64,000 nucleotides of DNA, taken from positions 1,440,001 through 1,504,000 of the forward strand of contig OZ247587.1 of the NCBI GenBank assembly GCA_965233865.1. Reading direction: 5' to 3'. The notes under the pieces are model-generated. The model saw nothing but the letters and a program-made list of their open reading frames with translations. It was not told the DNA's origin and made no database searches. This DNA comes from Candidatus Neptunichlamydia sp. (lineage in GTDB: Bacteria > Chlamydiota > Chlamydiia > Chlamydiales > Simkaniaceae). Made by a program: the position numbers and the translations under genes. This document shows positions 37,773 to 47,415 of this stretch, in pieces; within the stretch, counting starts at the first letter, position 1; each line of letters begins with the position of its first letter.

Positions 37773-40700
37773 TTAATTTTCATGCATCGCCAACTTTTCA
37801 GCTTTCTCTTTCTTATGGAAGAAAAGAAGAAGAGGTGCTGCAACAAATAAAGAAGAAAATGTTCCAAATACAACACCAATTACCATGACAAGTGAAAGGC
37901 CAAAAATTGCGCTCCCACCTAAAAACAGGAGAGCTAAAAGAACAACAAGCGTTGTTCCTGATGTCATCACTGTTCGGCTTAAGGTGACATTTAAAGCGTG
38001 GTTCAGCACGTCTCTAAAAGAATGTTTGCGCATTTTCTTTAGATCTTCACGGATTCGGTCAAAGATGATAATTGTGTCATTGAGAGAGTATCCAATAATT
38101 GTCATCAGTGCAGCAATTGTATTGAGATCAATTTGTATTGGGGTTCCAAAGGCGTGGAGAATACTCACGACTGCCATTGTGATTGCAACATCAATTGCAA
38201 GGCCAAGGGTCGCACTGATTGCATATTTAAACTCAAAACGGAAGGTGATATATCCCAAAATACATATTAACGCTATAGAAAGCCCTAACAGCGCACTGTT
38301 CCTCATTGCATTGGACATTTGTCCGCTGATACTGGTCCAGCTGTTGTCGAGCTGTTTCATCGACTGTGGCGTAATGGAAACACCATTTTTTTCTAGAGAG
38401 TCAATAACCCAAACCAATCGGGGATTAGTTTGATAAGCAAAAGTTGTATCTTTTAGGTCTGTTTCAAGAGGCATGTTGTAAAAAGGTTTTCCAAACTGGT
38501 CCAATCCTCTTCCAAGTAAGAGCTTGATGACATTAGATGGAGAAAGTGCACGCACTTGCATATCTTGAGCTGTAACTCCCGCAGCTAGAAGAGCAGATTC
38601 TATTTGAGCTTGATAGTTTTCATCACCCTTTGACTCTACTTCGAGTGTGACAGAGTATCCTCCTGTAAAGTCCATTCCAAGCATTGAGCTTCTCTGAGAA
38701 ACCAATAAATAGCAACCGACAAGAGCGACCGCAATGGTGCTATATAGGCTTACCTTACCATATTTTAAGAAATTGAAGTTGGTCTTTTTAATAAGATTGG
38801 CCATCTTCAGCTCTTTATTCTTTGGATTCTCAACCCATCTACTAAAGAAGTAACGAGTGAGGAATAGAGCAGTAAACATTGACGAGACAATACCAATGAT
38901 CAATGTGACTGCAAAGCCTTTGATAGGCCCGGCGTCAAAGTGCAATAGAATTAGAGCAGCGATAATTGTGGTGATGTTCGAATCAATAATAGCTGAAAAA
39001 GCTTTCTTATATCCTGCGTGGACAGCCTGCGCAATCCGTCCTGTTGCTAAAAACTCTTCTCGAATGCGCTCAAAGACTAAGACATTCGCATCAACAGCCA
39101 TTCCAACGGTCAGAATAATCCCAGCGATTCCTGCTAAAGTTACCGTTGCAGAAATATTCTGAAGCGTTGCCCAAATGATTAACAGATTAAAGAGAACTGC
39201 AACAGAAGCAACGATTCCGGAAAATCGGTAGTAGCCTACCATAAGCAAAACAACAAGAATTAGTGCCAATACCGTTGCGATGATTCCCATTGTTCGGTCC
39301 TTAATGCCTAGCTCAGGGCTTACATTTTTTTCAGACAGAATATGTGGAGCAAAAGTTAAGGAACCTGCCTTGAGATCTGCCTCTAAGCGATTGGCTTCAC
39401 GCTGAGTAAAACTTCCTGAAATTGAAACATTATCTCTTAGAGGGGAAGTAATTGTTGCTGTATTCACAACTGAGCCATTTAAAATAACAGCCATGCGCCA
39501 CCCTTCTCCTCGAGTATAGCGATCCATAGGTGTTCCCTGAATCTTCTCTTTCGAGAAAGGTGCCGTCCAGTTGTATAGGTCATTGCGAGGGTTAAGCTTT
39601 TGACCATCTGAAAGGGATTGTGATCCTTTAACGTTGAAGGCTAGAAAGTTTCCTTTTGATGAATCATAAGCCGCGTGAACATCCGTCAAATTAGCCCCTT
39701 CAAGAGCATAATTGTTCATCACTACCAAGAGGGGGTGAGTCTGCCCGTTCCAATCTGCAAAATTATCACCTCTAAAGATTGCAATTTTTGAAATTGCATC
39801 ATTGAAGTGGCTTGACGAGCCTTTGTTTTCTGAAGAAGCAAAGCGAAGTCCCTGACTATACAGAGTTTTCGCAGCCTCACTCACAGGTTGAGCCATTTCA
39901 GCATCTAAGGTGTCACCATAGAGGTGTTTCCATGCAATTTGATTAATACTTTCTAAATCTTTTCGATTTGTAACAACCGCTTCATTCCAAACATTTTGCA
40001 AGAACTGATGAACAACGGGCTCAAGATCACCATTATTGCTCGTGAATTTTTCGTTTACAATATGGAAATACATTGAAGATGCTTTGACTAAGTCGGCAGC
40101 TGAAAGGCTTTGGGCGCTTGGAAAATCCAAAGTAATATTAGAGCCTTCCTGACGAATACTAACTTCAGAAACTCCCATTTTATTAACCCGACTATAAAGT
40201 TCATTAATCCCTTGCTTAATGTCGTCATCATTGGCCACAATTTTATTATTACTGTCTCGAAGTTGGATTTGGACAGTCTTTCCTCCTGAAAGGTCAAGAC
40301 CCCAATGGAGAATTTTTCTGTCATCACCTCGAAAATACTTACGAGCGCTTAGGCTCAAATTGTTCAAAAGAGGACTCTTGGTTGGTGCGGGAATGTCGTA
40401 CTTTGCATGGAGCTCCGTGCGTACTTGAGCCGACTGATATTCATCTCGCCACTTTAATAAGTCTTCGTGCTGCTTGGTTTCAATTCGATTGAGAGCCAAA
40501 ATGCGCTGTTCCACATTTGTAAATTCAAGAGTTGCATACTTTCTTGTTCCATGAACGTTAAAATCTTCACGCGTTGCGCTAATAATTGAATTATAAAAGT
40601 CTTCAGCTTCAAAGATGAAATCTTTTGCGAAACTACCACTTAAAGGATAGGTGGTTCCTGGGTAGCTACTAAATCCATTGTTTTGCAGGAGAACCCGCAG

Positions 40701-42323
40701 ATGATTAAAGTCTTGAATAAAGCTTTGTGCTTGAGGGGAATCTGGATTGGAGCTTAACTTTGTTAAAACATCTTGAACGCCTTTTGCGATGACATAAACC
40801 GAGTTTGTGCGGAATCCTGCTTGAGGTTCAGTTTTAAGCTCTGCAGGAGTATATACAACAAGGCCAATCTTCTGTTGGTGGGCAGGTAGATCCTTGAAGG
40901 TTTTGTAATCGTATATAGGGAAAGAACTTCTCTTTAGGTCTGGATGAGTTGGTGCCCATTCAGTTTGAATTAGATGAAGAAGCTGAGCCCCTTGCTTTTT
41001 TGCAATCGATCTTAAGTCCATAACCAGAAGGCTTTTGCTGTTTGTTAATTGATTGAGTTCGATTGAAAATGTGGCTCCGTGTGGTTTGAGCAGTTCTCCT
41101 GCCTCTCGTCCAATTCGAGCAACTTCATTGTAAATCAGTTGGTCAACAGCATCACTTAAGTAGGATTTAAAGCGGGAAATTTCATTTTTGTAGTCGATAA
41201 TATCTTGGTGGAGCTCAAGGCCGATTGTTTCGTTGTTCCAATCGATTGTAATAGCTTTTATCAGAGGGCTTCTTTCTCCAGATAGGAGAGTTTGTACAGA
41301 GGTGTCTTTTCTTGCCAACAGGGTGATATCTTGCCTGAGTTTTGCGCTTGTCCAGGGCGACGCACCTGCACTAAAAGCTCTTGTTTGTCTTCTGATAATT
41401 CCAATTGCGGAGGAGATTCGTTCTTCTTTGGATTTTAAAAAATCAAGTTGTTGTTGTTCATTTGCTTCAAGAAATCCTCCACTTTCTCGCTTCTTTGTAT
41501 CTACATCCTCAAGAGAGATACGCTCAAGCTTTATCCGATCTCTATAGTGTTCTAGTGACGCAGTAAATTGGTCAACAATCCCGTTTCTATTTTCCATCGG
41601 TCCTTGGGTGAAGGTCGCATAGTAGCGTTTAGCAATCGGAGAGTTTTCTCCAAATGCTTTTGAATAAGTCAGGATGTTTTGTGAAAGAATTTGCAAAAAC
41701 TCTTCGGAGCGCGGGTTTTCTAGGTGGTGGAGAATTGTCTCTAAGTATTGAGCATTTTCACTAATTCCGCCCACAGCAAGTCCGATCTGTAGGACGCGGT
41801 CATCGACAATTTGGCGGTAAAAAGGAGTGATATTTCCTTGGGTATCCCGCTTTGCTGTAAATTGAAATATCTTCTCTATTTGATCGGGATAGAAATGGAC
41901 GGGAATATTGCGTTGAATTGTAACAACGGTTGTCTCATGATCTTTCTCACTTGGGACAAGAGAAAGTTTAGCAGGCATAAAGGGGATTAGGGAGCCCGCG
42001 CGCACAATATAGCTCCGAAACTTTTCTGCGTCTTGCCCTGTTTCATATCTTACATGAATGAGTTCTGGATTGTCACTGTTGAGGGAAATTGAGGAAGATT
42101 TAATTCCCAAAAGTTTATTGTAAGACTTCAGCCAATTCAAGGCTTCGTCTTCGAGCAGGTTGACTCTTTTTATTGCATTTTCAGCAACAAGCATTGCCTG
42201 CTTTTCCTCTATAGGGTCCTTCAGGGGCTTGGAATAAAAAAGAACAGTCGGAAGAATGTTATAAAAAGTTAATATCACGACGACTGCAATGAGAATAAAT
42301 TGCCAACGTTTCTGCTTTTTCAT
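37773..42323 (-). CDS. secDF: Fused protein translocase SecDF (long chlamydial form)
   Basis: GLDLSGG, GMAVDANVLVFERIREE, GMDFTGG, GYSLNDTIIIFDRIRE. Confidence 0.95.
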   Translation of the reverse strand: MKKQKRWQFILIAVVVILTFYNILPTVLFYSKPLKDPIEEKQAMLVAENAIKRVNLLEDEALNWLKSYNKLLGIKSSSISLNSDNPELIHVRYETGQDAEKFRSYIVRAGSLIPFMPAKLSLVPSEKDHETTVVTIQRNIPVHFYPDQIEKIFQFTAKRDTQGNITPFYRQIVDDRVLQIGLAVGGISENAQYLETILHHLENPRSEEFLQILSQNILTYSKAFGENSPIAKRYYATFTQGPMENRNGIVDQFTASLEHYRDRIKLERISLEDVDTKKRESGGFLEANEQQQLDFLKSKEERISSAIGIIRRQTRAFSAGASPWTSAKLRQDITLLARKDTSVQTLLSGERSPLIKAITIDWNNETIGLELHQDIIDYKNEISRFKSYLSDAVDQLIYNEVARIGREAGELLKPHGATFSIELNQLTNSKSLLVMDLRSIAKKQGAQLLHLIQTEWAPTHPDLKRSSFPIYDYKTFKDLPAHQQKIGLVVYTPAELKTEPQAGFRTNSVYVIAKGVQDVLTKLSSNPDSPQAQSFIQDFNHLRVLLQNNGFSSYPGTTYPLSGSFAKDFIFEAEDFYNSIISATREDFNVHGTRKYATLEFTNVEQRILALNRIETKQHEDLLKWRDEYQSAQVRTELHAKYDIPAPTKSPLLNNLSLSARKYFRGDDRKILHWGLDLSGGKTVQIQLRDSNNKIVANDDDIKQGINELYSRVNKMGVSEVSIRQEGSNITLDFPSAQSLSAADLVKASSMYFHIVNEKFTSNNGDLEPVVHQFLQNVWNEAVVTNRKDLESINQIAWKHLYGDTLDAEMAQPVSEAAKTLYSQGLRFASSENKGSSSHFNDAISKIAIFRGDNFADWNGQTHPLLVVMNNYALEGANLTDVHAAYDSSKGNFLAFNVKGSQSLSDGQKLNPRNDLYNWTAPFSKEKIQGTPMDRYTRGEGWRMAVILNGSVVNTATITSPLRDNVSISGSFTQREANRLEADLKAGSLTFAPHILSEKNVSPELGIKDRTMGIIATVLALILVVLLMVGYYRFSGIVASVAVLFNLLIIWATLQNISATVTLAGIAGIILTVGMAVDANVLVFERIREEFLATGRIAQAVHAGYKKAFSAIIDSNITTIIAALILLHFDAGPIKGFAVTLIIGIVSSMFTALFLTRYFFSRWVENPKNKELKMANLIKKTNFNFLKYGKVSLYSTIAVALVGCYLLVSQRSSMLGMDFTGGYSVTLEVESKGDENYQAQIESALLAAGVTAQDMQVRALSPSNVIKLLLGRGLDQFGKPFYNMPLETDLKDTTFAYQTNPRLVWVIDSLEKNGVSITPQSMKQLDNSWTSISGQMSNAMRNSALLGLSIALICILGYITFRFEFKYAISATLGLAIDVAITMAVVSILHAFGTPIQIDLNTIAALMTIIGYSLNDTIIIFDRIREDLKKMRKHSFRDVLNHALNVTLSRTVMTSGTTLVVLLALLFLGGSAIFGLSLVMVIGVVFGTFSSLFVAAPLLLFFHKKEKAEKLAMHEN

Positions 42324-42445
42324 GCTTATCTAATCCTTCATTCTAAAAAAACAGAATACCGATATTTAAGGATTATGTCTAGAGAAATCGTTGGTGTTAA
42401 GATCTGAGATATGTTATGAAAAACCCTTTATACAATTGGATGAAC

Positions 42446-43708
42446 ATGAAGACTCTTGCAGTTGTTGGAATGCAGTGGGGTGATGAAGGAAAGGGAAAGA
42501 TCACCGATCTATTGTCAAAGGACCGGCACATCGTTGTCCGAGCACAAGGCGGTCATAATGCTGGGCATACTGTTATTGCTGGAGGCAAGGAGTTCCATTT
42601 TAATCTCATTCCATCGGGGATTCTTTACCCAGAGGTTCAATGCTATGTCGGTGCGGGAACAGTGGTAGATCCTAAATCATTGCTAATGGAGATCCATCAG
42701 CTTCAAGAGCAGGGAATTAAATTAAAAAACCGCCTTTTTATTTCTCCCTATGCGCATGTGATTTTCCCTTATCATCAACGTCTCGACAAGCTTCAAGAAA
42801 AAATTGATGCTCCAATTGGGACAACAGGCAGGGGGATTGGACCTTGTTATGAAGATGTAGCTGCACGCTCAGGAATACGTGTTGGGGAGTGGGTTGATCC
42901 AGAGGTGTTTCAAAAAAGACTATCTACAACTTTGGCTAAAAAAAATCGTTTATTTCAGGTTTATGGGGAAGCAACTATTGATTACGATTTGGTGTATGAA
43001 GAGTATTCTGAATATGCAAAGAGGCTTAGAGGGTTTATTTTCCCTTTTGAAGAAAATCTTGATCGACAGATTAAGCAAGGTAAAAAAATTCTTTTTGAGG
43101 GAGCTCAAGGAGCTCTTTTGGATGTTCACTTTGGAACCTACCCCTTTGTGACCTCCTCTTCTACTTCTAGCGCTGGATTAGCGGTTGGAGCCGGAGTGGG
43201 GCCTGGCTCTATTGGAAAGACGATTGGTGTTATGAAAGCTTATACAACACGTGTGGGAAATGGCCCATTCCCCACAGAATTTTCTCCAGAGGAGCTCAAT
43301 CGATTTGCTTCGCACAAAATGGCCCGAGAGTTTGGGACTACAACGGGAAGAAAGAGGAGGATAGGCTGGCTTGACATACCCCTTCTCAAGGAAGCAATCC
43401 GATTAAATGGAGTGAATTCTTTAGCCCTTACTAAAATTGATATTTTGGATTCCTTAGACTTTATCAAAATTTGTGTAGGGTATGAAAATTTTTCTCGCCC
43501 TCCCCTTTTTCATGGATATTGGAAGGAGATAAAACCTCAATTTGAAACCCTTTCAGGCTGGAAAAAATCGACAAAGGAGATAAAAAAGGTAGAAGAATTC
43601 CCAGAAAATGTTAGAGTCTTTGTCAATCGAATTGAATCTCTTTTAGATCGCCCAGTTGAGATACTTTCTTTTGGGCCTGAGAGAGAGAGAACACTATTTT
43701 TGAAATGA
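42446..43708 (+). CDS. purA: Adenylosuccinate synthetase
   Basis: QWGDEGKGK, GGHNAGHT, GTTGRGIGP, EGAQG, GTYPFVTSS, EFGTTTGR. Confidence 0.96.
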   Translation: MKTLAVVGMQWGDEGKGKITDLLSKDRHIVVRAQGGHNAGHTVIAGGKEFHFNLIPSGILYPEVQCYVGAGTVVDPKSLLMEIHQLQEQGIKLKNRLFISPYAHVIFPYHQRLDKLQEKIDAPIGTTGRGIGPCYEDVAARSGIRVGEWVDPEVFQKRLSTTLAKKNRLFQVYGEATIDYDLVYEEYSEYAKRLRGFIFPFEENLDRQIKQGKKILFEGAQGALLDVHFGTYPFVTSSSTSSAGLAVGAGVGPGSIGKTIGVMKAYTTRVGNGPFPTEFSPEELNRFASHKMAREFGTTTGRKRRIGWLDIPLLKEAIRLNGVNSLALTKIDILDSLDFIKICVGYENFSRPPLFHGYWKEIKPQFETLSGWKKSTKEIKKVEEFPENVRVFVNRIESLLDRPVEILSFGPERERTLFLK

Positions 43709-44472
43709 ACAGTCCTACACCAGAAATGATTGAAAACCCGGTTTACACTGAAAAGGAGTTTGCCTGCATTGATCCCAAAAGCGTTCCTCAGCATGTTGCT
43801 ATTATTATGGACGGGAATCGTCGGTGGGCAAAAAGCCAAGGAAAGCCTGCAGAAATGGGTCATTGGTACGGTGCTGAGCAGCTCGACCTTATTGTTCGTG
43901 CCGCTTCAGAGCTTGGAATCAAAGTTCTTACTGTCTACTCGTTTTCTACTGAAAATTGGAGTCGGCCTCAACATGAGGTTGAAATTCTTATGCAGCTTCT
44001 TGAAGCCTATTTGGTGAATAAAAGAGAAGCTCTTGTAAAAGAAGGTGTACGTCTCCACACAATTGGGGATACACCAAGGCTTCCAGAAAATGTGAAGAAG
44101 GCTCTAAATGATACAATTCAGGCTACAAAAAATAATGATCGGATCGATTTAATTCTTGCTCTCAATTATGGGGGTAGAGATGAACTGCGGAGAACATTTC
44201 TTAGGATGCACAATGCTATTGAAGAGGGGAGTCTTGATTTGGAAGAAATTACTGAGAAGACAATTTCGTCATACTTAGATACTGCTAAATGGTCTGATCC
44301 TGAACTTTTCGTTCGGCCTAGTGGTGAGTTTAGGCTTAGTAATTTCCTTATCTGGCAAAGTTCATACAGTGAAATATACATGACTGATATTCTCTGGCCT
44401 GATTTTTCTGAAAAGAATCTTCTTGAGGCTGTTATTGAGTATCAAACACGCTCGAGGAGGTTTGGGGGCTAG
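43705..44472 (+). CDS. uppS: Undecaprenyl diphosphate synthase
   Basis: HVAIIMDGNRRWA, FSTENWSRP, NYGGR, RLSNFLIWQ. Confidence 0.96.
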   Translation: MNSPTPEMIENPVYTEKEFACIDPKSVPQHVAIIMDGNRRWAKSQGKPAEMGHWYGAEQLDLIVRAASELGIKVLTVYSFSTENWSRPQHEVEILMQLLEAYLVNKREALVKEGVRLHTIGDTPRLPENVKKALNDTIQATKNNDRIDLILALNYGGRDELRRTFLRMHNAIEEGSLDLEEITEKTISSYLDTAKWSDPELFVRPSGEFRLSNFLIWQSSYSEIYMTDILWPDFSEKNLLEAVIEYQTRSRRFGG

Positions 44473-45326
44473 TGAATTTTCAAGATCTATCAAAACGGTT
44501 CGTTTCATCAATTATTTCGCTTACTGTTTTAGCGTGTATTCTGATTTTTTCCTATGTTGGCGTGGTAAAGTGGGTCATTGCTCTGTTTACTGCAGGCATT
44601 GGGGTAGTGGGGATTTGGGAATACTGCCGGCTGGGAAAGTTAATAGAGAAGAGAGGGCTTGCAGAGCTGTGTATGATTGTTGGGGCGGTCCTTGTTTTCT
44701 CTTTTTTTGTCTCAACTTTCGACCTTTCTTTTTCACTCCTCCCATTTATCATAGCTTTCTTTGGGCTCATTTGCCTTTTTCTTTTTCACTTTGATAAAAT
44801 TTCAGGATCGATTAGCTCGATTGGAATAAGTTTTTTTGGGATTTTGTATGTTGCCATTCCGTTGGGGCTAATCCTCAAAATCCTCTATCTTTATAGCCCA
44901 TGCAAGATGGGGCATGAAGGGAGGGTCTGGCTTCTCTATCTTCTTGTTGTTACAAAAATCACCGATGTGGGTGCCTATTTTGGAGGGCGTCTTTTTGGAA
45001 ATCGAAAACTTGCAGCGGACCTCAGTCCAGGTAAGACGATTACTGGAGCAATTTTTGGCTTTTTCTCAGCGATTATTTTCAGTGTTCTTTTTTATTTTTT
45101 GGGCCATTTAGTTCCGAATTTTCACCTCTCTTTTTCTGAGAGTATTTGGCTTGGGGCTCTTCTTGGCTTCTTGGGTCAAGTAGGGGATTTGGGTGAATCG
45201 CTATTTAAAAGAGATGCCGCGGTTAAGGACAGTAACCGACTTCCTGGACTTGGAGGTATCCTTGATATGCTAGATTCTCTTTTGTTTACAACGCCAGTCA
45301 TTTATTTCTTTCTGTACGTCTGCTGA
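44472..45326 (+). CDS. cdsA: Phosphatidate cytidylyltransferase
   Basis: DVGAYFGG, SPGKT, GDLGESLFKRDAAVKDS..PGLGGILD. Confidence 0.95.
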   Translation: MNFQDLSKRFVSSIISLTVLACILIFSYVGVVKWVIALFTAGIGVVGIWEYCRLGKLIEKRGLAELCMIVGAVLVFSFFVSTFDLSFSLLPFIIAFFGLICLFLFHFDKISGSISSIGISFFGILYVAIPLGLILKILYLYSPCKMGHEGRVWLLYLLVVTKITDVGAYFGGRLFGNRKLAADLSPGKTITGAIFGFFSAIIFSVLFYFLGHLVPNFHLSFSESIWLGALLGFLGQVGDLGESLFKRDAAVKDSNRLPGLGGILDMLDSLLFTTPVIYFFLYVC

Positions 45327-45397
45327 GGTTAAAGTTATGAGTTTATTCCATTATTTTGAAACTTTCCCCTGCGATATTCTAATAGCGAGCGCGTTGC

Positions 45398-46057
45398 ATG
45401 ATTGTCACAATTGATGGGCCGTCAGGTACAGGAAAATCGACAGTAGCAAGAAAACTAGCAGATGCTTTAGGAATTACTTATTTTGATACTGGGGCGCTCT
45501 ACCGAGCAATTAGTTGGAAAATTCTTAAAGAGGGAATCTCTTATCATGAAAAGGGCGAACTACTAGCTCTTCTTAAAGAATTTTCCTATCGTATCCAAAC
45601 AGTCAATGGAGAAAAGCATTACTTTGTTGGAAACTCTAATGTAACAAAGGCTATTCGTGATCCTGAAGTCACTGCTATTGTGTCAGAAGTCTCAGCCCTC
45701 AAAGAGGTGAGAGAAGCTCTAAAACCCCTTCAGGTTGACTTTTCAAAAGAGATAGATGTTGTTTTTGAAGGGAGAGACCTAGGAACGGTTGTTTTTCCAC
45801 ATGCTGATGTTAAGTTTTTTTTAGTAGCACGCCCTAAAGTGCGCGCAGAGAGGCGTTATAGAGAACTTCAAAAGAAATTTCCTGATCAAACTTTTTCACA
45901 AGGAAAGACTCTTCAAGAGATTGAATCAAGAGACAATAGCGACTCTAATCGAAAAATCGCACCTCTAAAACAAGCGGATGACGCTGTTCTTATCGATACT
46001 TCTGACCTTACGACTGAGGAAGTAGTCCAAAAGTTGAAAGAGATCGTTCAGGCATGA
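45398..46057 (+). CDS. cmk: Cytidylate kinase
   Basis: IDGPSGTGKST, DTGALYR, EGRDLGTVVFP. Confidence 0.96.
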   Translation: MIVTIDGPSGTGKSTVARKLADALGITYFDTGALYRAISWKILKEGISYHEKGELLALLKEFSYRIQTVNGEKHYFVGNSNVTKAIRDPEVTAIVSEVSALKEVREALKPLQVDFSKEIDVVFEGRDLGTVVFPHADVKFFLVARPKVRAERRYRELQKKFPDQTFSQGKTLQEIESRDNSDSNRKIAPLKQADDAVLIDTSDLTTEEVVQKLKEIVQA

Positions 46058-46713
46058 ATCAAAAAATGAAAAAACCAACATTTCTCTACAAATTTGTAAT
46101 TTCCTCTGTAAAGATGTTTTTTAATTTTTTTTATCGTCATAAAGTGTATGGTCTTGAACATTATATCCCGGGCAGCGCTTTGATTGCTGCGAATCACGTC
46201 TCCTTTTTTGATCCTCCTGCTATCGCAGTCTCATGCCCAGGAGAAATCCATTTTCTTGCTCGTCAGACGTTATTCAAGTCATACTTTGGAAAATTCATTA
46301 GCGCAGTGAACTCCCATCCTGTTCAAAAAAATGCGACTAATTTGCGTGTCATGAAGGATATTTGCCTCATGTTGAAGGAAGGGAAAAAAGTATTGATGTT
46401 TCCTGAAGGAACACGCTCTAAAGATAATGTTCTGCAACCGATTAAGCCTGGAATGGGGCTTTTGCTTTCAAAGAGTGAGTCAGCGATTCTCCCCGCCTAT
46501 GTGCATGGAACATTTGCTATTTGGAATCGGAATCAAAAATATCCCAAACTTTGGGGGCGCACAGCTGTTATTTTTGGCTCTCCGATTCTATGGTCAGACT
46601 ATGCTGACATGGATCGCAGAGAGGCTCAGGAGCTCATAGCTATTCGTCTCACCAAGACTCTTGGAAAACTTCGGAAGTGGTATGAATCTGGGGCAGAAGG
46701 AACTCCTCCTTAA
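46054..46713 (+). CDS. plsC: 1-acyl-sn-glycerol-3-phosphate acyltransferase
   Basis: NHVSFFD, FPEGTRS. Confidence 0.92.
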   Translation: MNQKMKKPTFLYKFVISSVKMFFNFFYRHKVYGLEHYIPGSALIAANHVSFFDPPAIAVSCPGEIHFLARQTLFKSYFGKFISAVNSHPVQKNATNLRVMKDICLMLKEGKKVLMFPEGTRSKDNVLQPIKPGMGLLLSKSESAILPAYVHGTFAIWNRNQKYPKLWGRTAVIFGSPILWSDYADMDRREAQELIAIRLTKTLGKLRKWYESGAEGTPP

Positions 46714-46773
46714 AAGAGAATTTGATTCATTGCATAACTAACTTAATACCTCCTAGGAGTTATATAATCCCTC

Positions 46774-46921
46774 GCTTTTAGACGAAGGAAAGATATGAGA
46801 AAATCAATTTGCAGAATTTATGGTAAAGCTCCAAGTTTTGAACTATAGGACCGAACTGGGCATGCCAGATAGAGCTACAAAGTGATTCGCTGATTCATAG
46901 AAAAGAGGAAAATCTAAAAGC
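46774..46921. repeat. Long imperfect palindromic element (repeat relic or structured RNA)
   Basis: GCTTTTAGA/TCTAAAAGC ends plus nested pairings TATGA/TCATA and AATCAATTTGCAG/CTACAAAGTGATT. Confidence 0.45.
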
Positions 46922-46947
46922 CGTTTGCAAGCGAAATTTGGAACAAA

Positions 46948-47415
46948 ATGGGGAAGTGTGCCATTATGTCTGATATGAAAAAGCCAATGATTTACATTGC
47001 ACGGGGTCTTGTAAGTCTCATTTTTCTCTTTGCAGGAGCAGAAAAGCTCATGAATTGGCAAGGGGCCGTCGATGCTCTTGCAACGACGTTTTCGAACTGG
47101 TACATGCATCTTGAGGGGGCTATTATTAGTAAAGAAGCGCATGAGTTTCTTGTGGGGAGTGCATCTACCCTTTTAGGGATTGCCACCTTTTTAGAAATTA
47201 CTGGAGGCTTTCTTCTACTCGGGGTTAAAGTGAGATGGGGGGCTCTGTTTCTCCTTCTATTTCTTGTTCCAACAACGATTATTTTTCATGCTTTTTGGTT
47301 TGAAATCGGCGTTGATTTGCACAAAGAACTCGGAGTGTTTTTGAAAAACTTAGCGTTAATTGGAGCGCTTCTCTATCTCCTTGTTGGGCCTCAACCTTGT
47401 CAGACAAGTAAATGA
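46948..47415 (+). CDS. DoxX family membrane protein
   Basis: ARGLVSLIFLFAG..K, LEITGG, PTTIIFHAFW, FLKNLALIGALL. Confidence 0.88.
   Translation: MGKCAIMSDMKKPMIYIARGLVSLIFLFAGAEKLMNWQGAVDALATTFSNWYMHLEGAIISKEAHEFLVGSASTLLGIATFLEITGGFLLLGVKVRWGALFLLLFLVPTTIIFHAFWFEIGVDLHKELGVFLKNLALIGALLYLLVGPQPCQTSK

Noticed and set aside
37773..42323. Unusually long (1516 aa) fused SecDF
   Set aside because: A long fused SecDF is normal in chlamydiae
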